A DNA stretch of 64,000 nucleotides from Synechococcales cyanobacterium CRU_2_2. Its GTDB lineage: Bacteria > Cyanobacteriota > Cyanobacteriia > PCC-9006 > JAAUQQ01. How positions within the stretch are numbered: the stretch's first letter is position 1; the number at the start of each line of letters is the position of its first letter. The notes under the pieces were generated by a model that saw only the letters and a program-made list of their open reading frames with translations, searched no databases and was not told the DNA's origin. The translations under genes and the position numbers were made by a program. This document shows, piece after piece, positions 8,389 to 19,812 of the stretch. The stretch is from NCBI GenBank assembly GCA_012034805.1, contig JAAUOP010000001.1:38843-102842 (forward strand), written 5' to 3'.

Positions 8389-10694
8389 TCATCCACTCAC
8401 TGCAATGATTCGCGCTAGGAAGAAGGCCCAGGTTGTGCCAATTCCACCCAACAGATAGTGAGCCACACCCACTGCACGGCCTTGAGTAATACTCAATGCG
8501 CGCGGCTGGATTGCCGGAGCAACCTTCAGCTTGTTGTGAGCCCAAACGATCGACTCAATTAGTTCTTGCCAGTAGCCACGGCCGCTGAATAGGAACATGA
8601 GACTAAAGGCCCAAACAAAGTGAGCACCCAAGAAGATCAAACCGTAGGCAGACAAGGCGCTGCCGTAGGAGGTGATCACCTGAGAGGCTTGTGCCCAGAG
8701 GAAGTCTCGCAGCCAGCCGTTGATCGTCAGGGCGCTGGTGGCAAAGTTGCCGTTGGCGATGTGCGATACGGTGCCGTCTGCATTGACGGTTCCCCAAACA
8801 TCCGACTGCATCTTCCAACTGAAGTGGAAAATCACAATGGATAGGGAGTTGTACATCCAGAACAGACCCAAGAAGACGTGATCCCAACCAGAAACCTGGC
8901 AGGTACCACCACGACCGGGGCCATCGCAAGGGAATCGGAAACCGAGACTTGCTTTATCAGGGACGAGTCTGGAACTGCGGGCATACAAAACACCCTTAAG
9001 CAGAATCAAAACCGTCACGTGAATCGTGAAGGCATGGATGTGGTGAACCATGAAGTCCGCAGTGCCAAGGGCAATGGGCATCACAGCCACTTTTCCACCC
9101 ACTGCAACGATACCGCCGCCGAAGGCATGGCTGACGACGTCAGTTGCGCCGGGTGCGGTGCTGCCACCTGCTGCTGCAGTGTGGATGTTCTGGATCCATT
9201 GGGCGAAAATCGGCTGAAGCTGAATCGCGGTATCCGAGAACATGTCTTGGGGACGTCCCAAAGCACGCATGGTGTCGTTGTGGATGTAGAGACCAAAGCT
9301 GTGGAAGCCGAGGAAAATACAAACCCAGTTCAAGTGGGAGATGATGGCGTCACGAACGCGCAGGACGCGATCGAGCACGTTATCCACATTCTTGGCAGGG
9401 TCGTAGTCACGCACCATAAAAATGGCGGCGTGAGCACCTGCACCCACAATCAGGAAGCCGCCAATCCACATGTGGTGGGTAAACAGCGACAGTTGTGTGG
9501 GGTAGTCGATGGCAATGTAAGGATACGCAGGCATGGAGTACATGTGCTGCGCCACGATGATGCTGACGGAACCGGCCATTGCCAGGTTGATGGCAAGCTG
9601 AGCATGCCAAGAAGAGGTCAGCACTTCGTAGAGACCGGTGTGGCCTTCGCCGCCAAAGAGAAGCGGATCGCCTTTGTGGGCGTTGAGGATCTCTTTGATG
9701 CTGTGACCAATGCCCCAGTTGGTGCGGTACATGTGACCTGCGACCAGGAACATGACGGCGATCGCCAATGGTGATGGGCAATGTCCGTCATCCACAGGCT
9801 GCCAGTCACCGGGTTCAGACCACCTTTGAAGGTGAGCAAATCCGCATACACGCCCCAGTTGAGCGTGAAGAAAGGCTTGAGGCCTTCGGCAAAGCTGGGA
9901 TAAAGCTGGGAGATCAGGCTCACGTCAACGAATTGATGGGGGAGCGGGATATCCGCCACCGACGCGATCGTCTTGCCGTTGAGCGTCAACGGTGAACCCG
10001 CATCAATGGCATCCATCAGCTTGGTCGCAGGCAAGGACACATGGATCAAGTGACCTGTCCAGCCCAAAGAACCCAGGCCAAACAACCCCGCAAGGTGGTG
10101 GTTGAGCATGGACTCGACGTTTTGGAACCACTCCAACTTCGGCGCAGCCTTGTGGTAGTGGAACCAGCCCGCGAACAGCATCAGACCGGCCATGACCAGT
10201 GCGCCGATCGCCGTGCAATACAGTTGATATTCGTTTGTAAAACCGCTGGACCGCCAAAGCTGGAACAGACCAGACGTGATTTGAATGCCGTGAAAGCCGC
10301 CGCCCACATCGCCGTTCAGGATCTCCTGACCAACAATAGGCCAAACGACTTGGGCACTCGGCTTGATATTAATCGGATCGCTCAGCCAGGCTGAGTAGTT
10401 AGAAAAACGTGCGCCATGGAAATAAGCGCCGCTCAACCAAACAAAAACAACGGCCAGGTGGCCAAAGTGAGCGCTGAAGATCTTTCGGGAGATGTCTTCT
10501 AGGTCACTGGTGTGGCTGTCAAAGTCGTGGGCGTCAGCATGAAGATCCCAAATCCAAGTAGTGGTCTTGGGTCCCTTTGCGAGGGTTCGATCGAAATGCC
10601 CTGGCTTACCCCACTTCTCAAAAGAAGTGGCAACCGGGTTTTTATCAACCGTCACTTTTGCCTTAACGCCACGCTCCGGTGGACTTTTTGTCAT
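8389..10694 (-). CDS. psaA: Photosystem I P700 apoprotein A1 (apparent 1-nt frameshift at 9767-9768, likely sequencing error)
   Basis: [57 protein letters not shown]. Adding one T restores [13 protein letters not shown]. Confidence 0.97.
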
Positions 10695-10983
10695 CGAGAC
10701 TCTCCTCTCTTAAGACAAGGAATGAGGCTTCCTCCGCCCCAGACAGCTTCCCCAGAACAGGTCTGGAAGCAATCATCCTCTCGCGAACCGCTGCTCTGGC
10801 GAACCGCAGCTGCCTTCAAATCGCAAAGATGCCTTAGCCAAGAAGGCTTAGAACACAGATGCTTTGAGGAAGAGCCGCCGATTTGCCCTTGCAAGGGTGG
10901 GCTTTAGCCTGGAATTGGGGGGATTGGGTCTCAACACGCGCTGAGATCTCCTCAAGTCCAGACCGGGGGGAGTTCTTCCGTGC

Positions 10984-11040
10984 ATTATAGGTGCCGCTCT
11001 GGAAGCGATTCCGAGCCGATTAACAATAATTCAAACTCAA
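10984..11040 (-). promoter_or_regulatory. Likely psaAB promoter: -10 TATAAT plus an upstream AT-rich HLR1-like element
   Basis: ATTATA at 10984-10989 is TATAAT on the minus strand; TTAACAATAATTCAAA at about 11020-11035 resembles RpaB HLR1 sites known upstream of psaA. Confidence 0.5.
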
Positions 11041-11556
11041 ATTCAAACTCAGTTTTGCTCAACCTTTTCGGCATTTGCACGCTCCCTTGTGAATGCCCAA
11101 AGTCAAGCTGTTTTATGATCGCCGTTACAAACTGAAATGACTTGATCTCATCGCTCAAATCATCTCGCCCGTAAGGTTGTTTAGCCCCGAAAACCTTTGT
11201 GGAACAGTATTTTTGCGCCTAGCGCTTGAGTAATATTTTTTAATAATTTCAGAAAGTCTAATGTCACGGATTGAATATCTCTATCGAAATGTCATTGAAA
11301 TGGCAATTTAACTGAGCCGAATTCGATGAGTCACTCCCGCGCAGCTTGAGCAGACACTTCTGCCTTTTTTTATTTTTGTAAGCTTTTGTCAATAAATACT
11401 TCTGTGTTGTGCGACTTGCTTCAATATGCTGTGGCAAGGGTAATCAAGCCGAGGGCAAGACACAAGAAATTATGAAGTACCTATAGATGAAGCTCCTTAT
11501 CACCTCTAAGCTTGTTAGGAATCCTGATTATTGGCCCATTGTGTGAGGTTCTAGAG

Positions 11557-14500
11557 ATGCCGAGCTTCAGCCCCAGAAGTCGAGCCCAAGATCGAGGTAG
11601 AGGTCGCAGTGAATTCCCTGCCAATTCCTCTGGCAGTTCCTCTGGCAGTTCCTCTGGTCGTCTTTGGCCTGCGCTGCACTCTGCAGTAATTCGGCAGCTC
11701 CTGAGCTGGAGCTTGATTGGCGTTTTAGCCCTGGGTACAGTCGGGTGTGGTGCGTCCCCTTCTGGTTTGCTTTCGGCTACGCCCGACGCTCCAGTGCTCC
11801 AGCCCGAGAGTCGGCGCAGCCGAGTTGCGGAGGTGTCGCCACCCTCGGTGATTGCGGAATTGCGGCGATCGCTGGAAAACAACCAACCCCAGCTGAGCCT
11901 CCTGAGCCCCAAAGCCGATGCGCTACTCGATGACAATCGAGTGGAGGTGCGCTTTAAGATTTCAGACTTGCCAGTATTCAAAGACCAGCGCCTAGGGCTG
12001 GGGCCTCACCTCAATGTTTTTCTAGACGACCAGTTTCAGGGCGAAGTCTATGATCTCAAGCAGCCCTTAGTGTTAGAAAATTTGGAGCCTGGAAGTCATA
12101 CGTTGCGGGCATTTGCGGCTCGTCCTTGGGGCGAGAGTTTCAAGAATGAGGGAGCCTACGTCCAAAGTACCTTCCACGTTTTTACCCAGACGCCCACCCG
12201 TTTGCCCAACCCCGATTTGCCGCTGATTACCTACGATCTTCCCCGAGGCAGCTACGGCGCGGAGCCGATTCTGCTGGACTACTACCTCAGCAATGCACCG
12301 CTGCACGCGGTGGCCCAGGATGATGATGAGGTTTCCGATTGGCGGATTCGTTGCACGATTAATGGTGAGAGTTTTGTGCTCGATCGCTGGCAGCCGGTCT
12401 ATCTCAAGGGATTCAAGAAGGGTAAAAACTGGCTGAAGCTAGAGTTCCTTGACGAAAAGGGCAAGGTTGTCGAGAACGTCTTTAATACTGGTGTGAGTCT
12501 TATTGACTATCAGCCCGATGGCCAAGCGCCGCTCGACAGGCTGTTCCGCAATCAGATCTCAGTGAAGAACGCGCTGGGAGTCGTTGATGCCAACTATGTG
12601 CCGCCAATTTATGTGGAACCAGAGCCTGCGGCGATCGAAAGCAACCCCGTCAAGCCTGAGCCCGTTAAACCTGAACCCGTCAAACCTGAGCCCGTCAAAC
12701 CTGAGCCAGCCACGGCCAATCCCTGGGTCGCTGAGCCCTCGGATGTAAGAGCTCCTGAGATCCAAAACCCAGAAACCCAGAAACCAGAAACCCAGCCATT
12801 GGCAAAGCCGGGGGTTGTCTTGCCTCCCGTTGTCCCTGTGCCATTGCCAGCACCTGTGAGAGAAGCCCCTAGCGTGACGCCGAAGGTGACGCCCATGCTG
12901 GAGACTGAGGTAATGGCCCCGGCATCCAGCGCTGAGCCGCAAGCGATCGACAAGCCCCAGACACCGGAGAAAAAACAGCCCTTTTGGAAACGCTTTGGCA
13001 AATCTGAATCCCCGATCGAAGCACCGCTGGACAAGCAGGCACCAGCGATCGCGCCAGGCCTAACGCCTGGAGCCAAATCACCTGAAGCACCTGCGGTCAA
13101 GTTACCTGAAGCCAAGCTGCCTGAGGCCAAGCTGCCCGCGGTCAAAGCTCCTGAAGTCAAAGCTCCCGAAGTTAAATCTCCTGAAGTCAAGACGCCTGAA
13201 GTTGAGACGCCTGAGGCCAAGGCCAAAGCGCCTGAAGCCAAAACACCTGCGATCAAGCTGCCTGGGGTCAAAGTACCTGAGATCAAGGCTCCTGAGGCTA
13301 GGGTCAAGCTACCTGAAGTCAAGCTACCTGAAGTCAAAGTACCTGAAGTCAAAGTACCTGAAGTCAAAGTACCTGAAGTCAAGGTACCTGAAGTCAAGGT
13401 ACCTGAAGTCAAGGTACCTGAGGTCAAAGCACCTGCAGCCAAGCTGCCTGAAGTCAAAGCTAAAATTCCTGCCGTCCCTAGTAGCCCGTCTAAAGTGACG
13501 CCCAAACCAGACACTGGGGCGATGGCTGATGAACCACCCACTGCTGAATCTTCAGCGGACAAGCCCACGGCATCGGAGAAAAAACAGCCCTTCTGGAAAC
13601 GCTTTGGCAAGTCTGAACCACCCAGCCAGAAGCTTCCCGAGGTCAAGACACCAGCGATCGCACCAGAAGTAATGCCTGAACTCAAAGCACCTGAACTCAA
13701 AGCACCTGAACTCAAAGCACCTGAACTCAAAGCACCAGCCATCGATGATCTCGGGGCCACAACAGCCCCAAGTCAACCTCAGCCCACAGAACCCCAAAAA
13801 CCGTTTTGGCAACGACTCCGCCAACCGGGGCAAAAGCCCATCGTGACGCCGCCTGCTCAATCGTTGGAGATTCCCCAGGACTTGGTTGCCCCAAAAGCTG
13901 CGGTTGTTAAGTCCGAGGCCGCCAAACCCACGGCCGCCAAACCCGAGGCCGTCAAACCCGAGCCAGCAAAAACCGAAACACTCAAGCCCGAAACACTCAA
14001 GCCCGAAACACCAAAGCCTAGAGGGTTTTGGCAGCGCTTCCAGCCATCCGAGACCAAAGCAGACTTAAAACAACCCTCCGTTGCGCCGACCCAAGCCAGC
14101 TCTGAGGCTCCTCCGACCCAGAAGCCTACTCAGAAAGAACCCATTCAGAAAGAAACCATTCAGAAAGAACCCGTCCAGAAAGAGCCGATTGATCAGGAAC
14201 CTGTCCAGAAAGAACCCTTCTGGAAAGCCTTTTCATCCACCGGCGGTACCCCAGTCGGTGGTGTTGCCCGAGCCCGAGCCAGTGCAGGTCAAACCTGAGT
14301 CGCCGCCAATGATGCCAAAGGCGATCGCTCCACTCCAAACGCCTACCCAGTCGCAAACGCCCACCCTGCCCAAGCCGATCGCCCCACCCAAGCCGATCGC
14401 CCCACCCAAAATAGTCGCTACGCCCAAAACAGTCGCTGCGCCCAAACCGGCGATCGCCCCTGTCCCCAAACCCGCAAAGCGACCCGAAAAACCAGCAACA

Positions 14501-14719
14501 CCAGAGCCCTCGACCCAGAAGACAGCAGAGCCCTCTGCTGAACCGGAACCAACCAACATCAATTTCGACAAAGCCTTTGAACGGTTTGAGCGTGAACTGA
14601 ATCCGAGCAAGCCCTTTCCGTCAGAGGATGCCCGCGACTTTTTTAGCGGCGCGGGTGCCATTGAGGGAGCCCAGAAGTCGTCGGAAACGATGAAGGCTAC
14701 GGAGATCTTTGGGTCTTGA
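11557..14719 (+). CDS. Large predicted lipoprotein: conserved cyanobacterial N-terminal domain plus long Pro/Glu/Val/Lys-rich repeat tail (apparent frameshift about 14229-14233)
   Basis: Lipobox LALGTVGC; globular region (GLGPHLNVFLDD..PGSHTLRAFAARPWGESFKNEGAY..WQPVYLKGF); tandem KPEPV, VKVPE, LKAPE and QKEPI repeats; the Pro-rich frame continues in ORF 14081-14719. Confidence 0.8.
13305..13430 (+). repeat. Coding 15-bp tandem repeat (GTCAAAGTACCTGAA, VKVPE/VKLPE, about 8 copies)
   Basis: Directly visible tandem array; similar 15-bp arrays at about 12645-12705 (KPEPV) and 13675-13735 (LKAPE). Confidence 0.9.
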
Positions 14720-16673
14720 ATACTGTCTTGCATCCTGTTGCGAATCCTGGGTTTGACCGGTACGAGCCGATGGCTGCGATCGCCACCACGCCCGCAGCCC
14801 TCCAAGCCTTGCAGCCGCTGGCTCCCGTCCTGACGGCGATTTGGGTGCCGCGATCGCTGGCAGACACCCTTACTCTTGTCCATTACCCCAAGGCCCAGGT
14901 CTACGACGGAGCTTTGAGCTGTCATCTCGAAGCACTGTGGCCGAACCATCGTGCCTTCGTCTTTGCCCTGGCCGCCGGGGCCACCACGCGGTTGATCGCT
15001 CCGCTGCTCCAAGACAAAGCCAGCGACCCCGCCGTGGTCGTTTTGGGAGAAAGCGGCGAATTTGTCATCAGCCTCTGCGGGGGGCACCAGGGCGGAGCCG
15101 ACCAGCTCACCCGCCTGATTACCGCCCAAATGGGCGCAACACCGGTCATTACCGGCGCTGCCGCCAGCCAGAATTTACCGGGTATCGATATTCTGGGGGA
15201 GCCCTTTGGCTGGAGTCGAGGCAGCGGCGATTGGACGGGGCTAAGTGCGGCGATCGCCAGTACCCACGTGTCGTCCCCAGGTCACATTCAAGTCATTCAA
15301 GAAGCAGGCTCTACCCTCTGGCAAGACCATTTACCAGCCGGCCATCCCTTCCAATTCAGTATCTCAGCGGATGTCTCGACTGATGCCGTCCCCAGTGCCC
15401 GCCTTTGGATCAGCCCCATCCAAAGAGAATTTTCTTCGCCGTCCAGTTCCCCCCAGCCGTCGGTCTCCCCGCAGCCCATCCCCCAACAACCAGAAGCCCA
15501 ATGGCACCCCCGTGTCCTCTGGATTGGCATTGGCTGCGAGCGGGGAAGCTCCAAAATGCTGATCGAAACGGCGATCGCCCGCACTTGCCAAGCCTACCAG
15601 TTTGCCGAGGGTGCGATCGCAGGCATCGCCACCCTCGACCTCAAGGCCAACGAAGTCGGTTTGCTCGAGCTCTGCCAAGCTCGCCACTGGCCCCTGTGCT
15701 GTTTCGATGCCGATCAATTGCGCGAGCTGGCCGTCCCCACACCGTCAGAACGGGTTGAAGCCGAAGTGGGCACCCCCAGCGTGGCGGAAGCTGCGGCAAT
15801 GCTCGTCAGCCAAGGTGCGCTGGTTGTCTCTAAACAAATTCATCGTCTGGACGGGGAGCCCGGAGCTGTGACCGTGGCGATCGCCCAATCCCCCACCGAA
15901 TACACAGGCCGTCGGGGTCAGCTGGCGCTGGTGGGCATCGGGCCAGGAGCCCTCGATCAAATTACACCCGCCGCAAAGACGGCGATCGCGGCGGCTGATG
16001 CCGTCATCGGCTACGAGCTTTACGTAGACTTGATTCGGCCCCTGCTGCGACCGGGCCAAATTATCGAAGCCCTGCCCATTACCCAGGAGCGGGCGCGGGC
16101 CGAGCGGGCGATCGCCCTCGCCCAGTGGGGTCTCTCCGTTGCGGTCATTTCCTCTGGGGACAGCGGCATTTATGGCATGGCGGGCCTCGTGATGGAAAGC
16201 CTCAGTCAAGCAGGCTGGGATGGCAAAACCCCGAGCGTGGTCGTTTTCCCTGGCATTACGGCGCTCCAGGCCGCTGCCGCCCGCGTGGGTACGCCGCTGA
16301 TGCATGACTTTTGCGCCATCAGTCTCAGCGACTTGCTCACCCCTTGGGAGCTGATCGAAAAACGCCTCAGGGCAGCTGCCGCAGCGGATTTTGTCGTCGC
16401 GCTCTACAATCCCAAGTCCAAGACACGGGTCAGGCAAATTGCGATCGCTCAAACCATTTTTTGCAGCACCGTCAGCCCACGACTCCGGTGGCGCTGGTGC
16501 GTTCCGCCTATCGGAACACTGAAGCAATTACGATTACGACCCTTGGGCAATTGCTGGAGGCCGAAATTGACATGTTGACGACGGTTTTGATAGGCAATGC
16601 CAGCACGCTGAACCATCACGACTGGCTGATTACGCCTCGGGGATATTTGGGCTTTGGGCAAGCCGTGGGGTGA
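14716..16673 (+). CDS. cobJ: CbiG-CobJ/CbiH fusion, precorrin-3B C17-methyltransferase (apparent 1-nt frameshift in T-run 16457-16462)
   Basis: CbiG N (AAGATTRLIAPLLQDKASDPAVVV, GGHQGGAD), CbiG C (GIGCERG, VGTPSVAEAAA), CobJ (VGIGPG, SSGDSGIYGMAG, HDFCAISLSDLLTPW, YNPKS), with C-terminus IDMLTTVLIGN..LITPRGY in the next frame. Confidence 0.92.
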
Positions 16674-16913
16674 GGGTCTACGGTGAAGGGTTTGCGGTGA
16701 AGTTCTACGGTGAGATTCTACGGTGAGGGTTTACTCCGTCATTTGACGCATATGCGTACGTGTTTACTCGGAGGGGAGAGGAAGAGACGATCGCCCTCGT
16801 CATCTCAACTTTATACCGGCACAATTTCTATTTTTTTCAATAAAGTCCCGGACAAAAGGTTGAGCCATCTGGCGCTTTCACCTTACTTTTGTCCTAGTGA
16901 CGTCGCATTCTGC

Positions 16914-17162
16914 ATGAGTCGCATGATGCGAAGGACACCACCGATCATCAGGGGCCACAGAAGATTTCTTCCTCCGGTTGATTTCCTGCGATTTATCGCT
17001 CTGGGCTGATTCGGTTTTGTAGGGGTACTCAGCGGCACTAGCTCCTACTGAGGCCAATGACCCATACCCCTGCATCTTCCAGTAACAGGTTTAATGCCAA
17101 AGGGTGTACCGACCAAGATTGATGCATAACCTGGCCCGTCCACGGCGTGGACGGGCCATTTT
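16914..17162 (+). ncRNA. Putative conserved cyanobacterial sRNA (PmgR1/Ncr0700-like from recall), overlapping a 31-codon ORF
   Basis: Intergenic, AT-rich upstream region, strong plus-strand terminator. Blocks GAAGGACACCACCGATCATCAGGGG, GATTCGGTTTTG and CTTCCAGTAACAGGTTTA..GTGTACCGAC resemble an sRNA I recall from other cyanobacteria; the name is not verified. Confidence 0.5.
17132..17162 (+). terminator. Intrinsic terminator on the plus strand; may also serve convergent thrC
   Basis: TGGCCCGTCCAC-GGC-GTGGACGGGCCA-TTTT, perfect 12-bp stem. Confidence 0.85.
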
Positions 17163-17176
17163 GGGCTGACTTGGTT

Positions 17177-18355
17177 TTAAAACCCCATTTTGCTGGCGAT
17201 CGCCCCCAAATCAGCCGTTAGCCCCTGGTGGAAATTGGCCTGGTTATGGGCGATCGCCGTCGTCGGATCCTTGAGGCCATTGCCGGTGAGGACGCAAACG
17301 ATTTTGGCCCCGGCGGGCACTTGCTCCTTCAGCTTGATTAGCCCCGCCACCGAAGCCGCGCTAGCCGGTTCGCAAAAGATGCCTTCCTTCGCCGCTAGCC
17401 AGCGATAGGCTTCAATAATTTCGGCATCGGTGACGGCACCGAACTGACCTTGGCTTGCGGCTTGAACTCCCCAGGCCTTGTCCCAATTGGCCGGATTGCC
17501 AATGCGAATCGCCGTCGCCAGAGTTTCAGGGTGATGGACAACGCCACCTTGGACAAAGGGTGCAGAGCCTGACGCCTGGAACCCCATCATCTGAGGCAAC
17601 CGGGTACTTTTACCGTCTTGATGGTATTCACAAAACCCCATCCAGTAGGCGCTGATATTGCCCGCGTTGCCCACCGGAATACACAGCCAGTCGGGCGTTT
17701 CGCCGAGGCTGTCAATAATTTCGAAGGCGGCGGTTTTCTGGCCTTGGAGGCGAAAAGGGTTCACCGAGTTGACCAAGGTGACTGGATATTGCTCGGCGAC
17801 CTCCCGCACCAGCCTCAGCGCATCGTCAAAGTTGCCCTGGATCGCTAGCACTTCTGCGCCATACATCAGCGCCTGGGCCAGTTTCCCCTGGGCAACGTAC
17901 CCATCCGGAATCACCACAAATGCGTTTAACCCACCGCGACAGGCATAGGCCGCTGCCGCCGCTGAGGTGTTGCCGGTGCTGGCACAAATGACGGCTTTAG
18001 CCCCGGCTTCCTTAGCCTTGGTGACGGCCATGGTCATGCCCCGGTCCTTGAAGCTACCGGTGGGGTTGAGGCCGTCGTATTTGACATAAACCTGCACATC
18101 CCGGCCAAGGTACTGGGCAATCGTCGGCACCGGAATCAGAGGCGTGTTGCCTTCGTGCAAGGTGACCACCGGCGTGGTGTGGGTCACTGGCAAGTAGGCG
18201 CGATACGCTTCGATCAGACCCGGCCAACCCTTAGCATTGGACAGGGTAGGGTTCGAGCTGCCCGGCTCGGAGCTGCCCGGACTCGAGCGAGCAGGTTCGT
18301 CATGGGCATCATTCGCACTGGGGCGGGCGGCGGGATTGGGAAGCGTTGCAGTCAC
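17177..18355 (-). CDS. thrC: Threonine synthase
   Basis: [12 protein letters not shown]-lysine motif [44 protein letters not shown] start inferred. Confidence 0.95.
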   Translation of the reverse strand: MTATLPNPAARPSANDAHDEPARSSPGSSEPGSSNPTLSNAKGWPGLIEAYRAYLPVTHTTPVVTLHEGNTPLIPVPTIAQYLGRDVQVYVKYDGLNPTGSFKDRGMTMAVTKAKEAGAKAVICASTGNTSAAAAAYACRGGLNAFVVIPDGYVAQGKLAQALMYGAEVLAIQGNFDDALRLVREVAEQYPVTLVNSVNPFRLQGQKTAAFEIIDSLGETPDWLCIPVGNAGNISAYWMGFCEYHQDGKSTRLPQMMGFQASGSAPFVQGGVVHHPETLATAIRIGNPANWDKAWGVQAASQGQFGAVTDAEIIEAYRWLAAKEGIFCEPASAASVAGLIKLKEQVPAGAKIVCVLTGNGLKDPTTAIAHNQANFHQGLTADLGAIASKMGF

Positions 18356-18474
18356 GGCTGAGATGAGGGGTGCTGAGTGGATTTGAGGCAAAATTGACAG
18401 CGTCGGTCTAGATCCCAGTTTACCCTGTGGCTTGGCCCGTCCCAATTCCAGGAAGCGCAGGAGCGATGTGTGCG

Positions 18475-19269
18475 ATGTTTGAAATACCTTCTGATTGGTC
18501 TTCAGACGTGCCTGATGCGGTGGCCTACCTGCTGGTGACCCATGGCAGCCGAGATCCGCGATCGCACCAAGGAGCGATCGCCTTAAGTCGCCAACTCTCG
18601 CCCTCTCCCATGGGTACCGCCGTGCTCGAACTCGGCCCGGTTCCGCTTCATCAGCAAGTGATTGATTTTGTCCGACAGATTCGGTTGCCCAGCGGTGGAC
18701 GCCTGAGGATTTTGCCGCTTTTTTTGCTGCCAGGCGTCCATGTCATGGAAGATATTCCAGCTGAAGTGGCCTTAGCCAAACAGGGCTTAGGCGAGAGAGT
18801 GCATCTAGAGCTGTTGTCCTACCTCGGCAGCCAGCAGAGCGGCATGGTCAAGCTTTTGCAACAGCCAGGGCCAGGCATCCTCATCGCCCACGGTAGTAAC
18901 CGCCCCGGCGCAACCGCTCCGGTTGAAGCCCTGGCAAAATGGCTGGGATTGCAGACGGCCTACTGGGTGCAGCCGGAGAGTTTGGTAGAGCGAATTGCGG
19001 CGATCGCCCAGGTCTTTGAGGAGAATGCGATCCAAGATACAGGCCCTTCACCAGAACCTAGGGCGATCGCCATTTTGCCTTATTTTTTGTTTGAGGGGGC
19101 GATTACAGATGCGATCGCCGAACGTCTCAAACTTCTAGAGCCACAGTTCCCAGAGCTCCAACTTCGGCTTCGCCCTACCCTCAGTGAAATCCCTGGCTTC
19201 GTCCATCTGGTTCAACAGCACCTGTCAGATTCAACAGCACCTGTCACTGGGAGGACGATCGCTGGGTGA
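18475..19269 (+). CDS. cbiX: Sirohydrochlorin chelatase (CbiX/SirB family)
   Basis: [26 protein letters not shown], second domain [22 protein letters not shown]. Confidence 0.85.
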   Translation: MFEIPSDWSSDVPDAVAYLLVTHGSRDPRSHQGAIALSRQLSPSPMGTAVLELGPVPLHQQVIDFVRQIRLPSGGRLRILPLFLLPGVHVMEDIPAEVALAKQGLGERVHLELLSYLGSQQSGMVKLLQQPGPGILIAHGSNRPGATAPVEALAKWLGLQTAYWVQPESLVERIAAIAQVFEENAIQDTGPSPEPRAIAILPYFLFEGAITDAIAERLKLLEPQFPELQLRLRPTLSEIPGFVHLVQQHLSDSTAPVTGRTIAG

Positions 19270-19717
19270 GCAAATCAATCGTGTCACCTAGGGCAATGCT
19301 GAGGCTTTCGCGGGTGTCTTGGTGGGCCTGACGCTCGGCCTGGAGCTCCTGGCGCAGGCGATCACGCTCCTGGGCGATCGTCACGGCAAACTCCCTTAAG
19401 TCTTCAAGGCTGGTCAGTTGGTTCAAGGCTTCCTGAAGCTGCGCGCTGATCGGGGTATTGGCCTTAGGCTCAGCACCACTACCCTCAGTACCGGCACCCA
19501 GGCCGTCGGCCTGCTCCGCCAGCTCGCGAGAGGCCAAGGTGTCAATCTGCTGTTTGAGCAGCGCGGACTCCCGAACCCGCAGCTGCATTTCGGCATTGAG
19601 GCGATCGCGCCAGGTGGCAGACTCTGAAAAGGCTTCGTCCCGCTCCTGCTGCACTGTGGCCAGTTGGGCTCGCAGGCTTCTAATTTCTTCTAGCCACTGG
19701 GTAACGTCTTGACTCAT
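19244..19717 (-). CDS. Cyanobacterial coiled-coil hypothetical protein
   Basis: MSQDVTQWLEEIRSLRAQL...[23 protein letters not shown]; heptad pattern. Confidence 0.75.
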   Translation of the reverse strand: MSQDVTQWLEEIRSLRAQLATVQQERDEAFSESATWRDRLNAEMQLRVRESALLKQQIDTLASRELAEQADGLGAGTEGSGAEPKANTPISAQLQEALNQLTSLEDLREFAVTIAQERDRLRQELQAERQAHQDTRESLSIALGDTIDLLTQRSSSQ

Positions 19718-19744
19718 GCAGGCTGATCCACTCACAAAATCGGT

Positions 19745-19812
19745 TCACAAACGAGTCACAAACGAGTCACAAACGAGTCACAAACAAGTCGCAAAATCTA
19801 TTCACAAACGAC
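19745..19812. repeat. 11-bp tandem repeat TCACAAACGAG (about 4-5 copies) at the 3' end of the M50 protease gene
   Basis: Directly visible array. Confidence 0.8.

Noticed and set aside
6229..9774. Long plus-strand ORFs opposite psaA/psaB, and similar antisense ORFs opposite atpA, ftsH and moeB
   Set aside because: Antisense frames arising from codon bias of highly expressed genes; no recognisable domains or RBS.
6160..10694. psaA and psaB as pseudogenes or split genes
   Set aside because: Each has a single homopolymer slip with otherwise intact conserved sequence; the same pattern recurs throughout the window, indicating sequencing error.
12609..13760. 383-aa minus-strand ORF with SGTLT repeats
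   Set aside because: Antisense shadow of the VKVPE repeats of the plus-strand lipoprotein.
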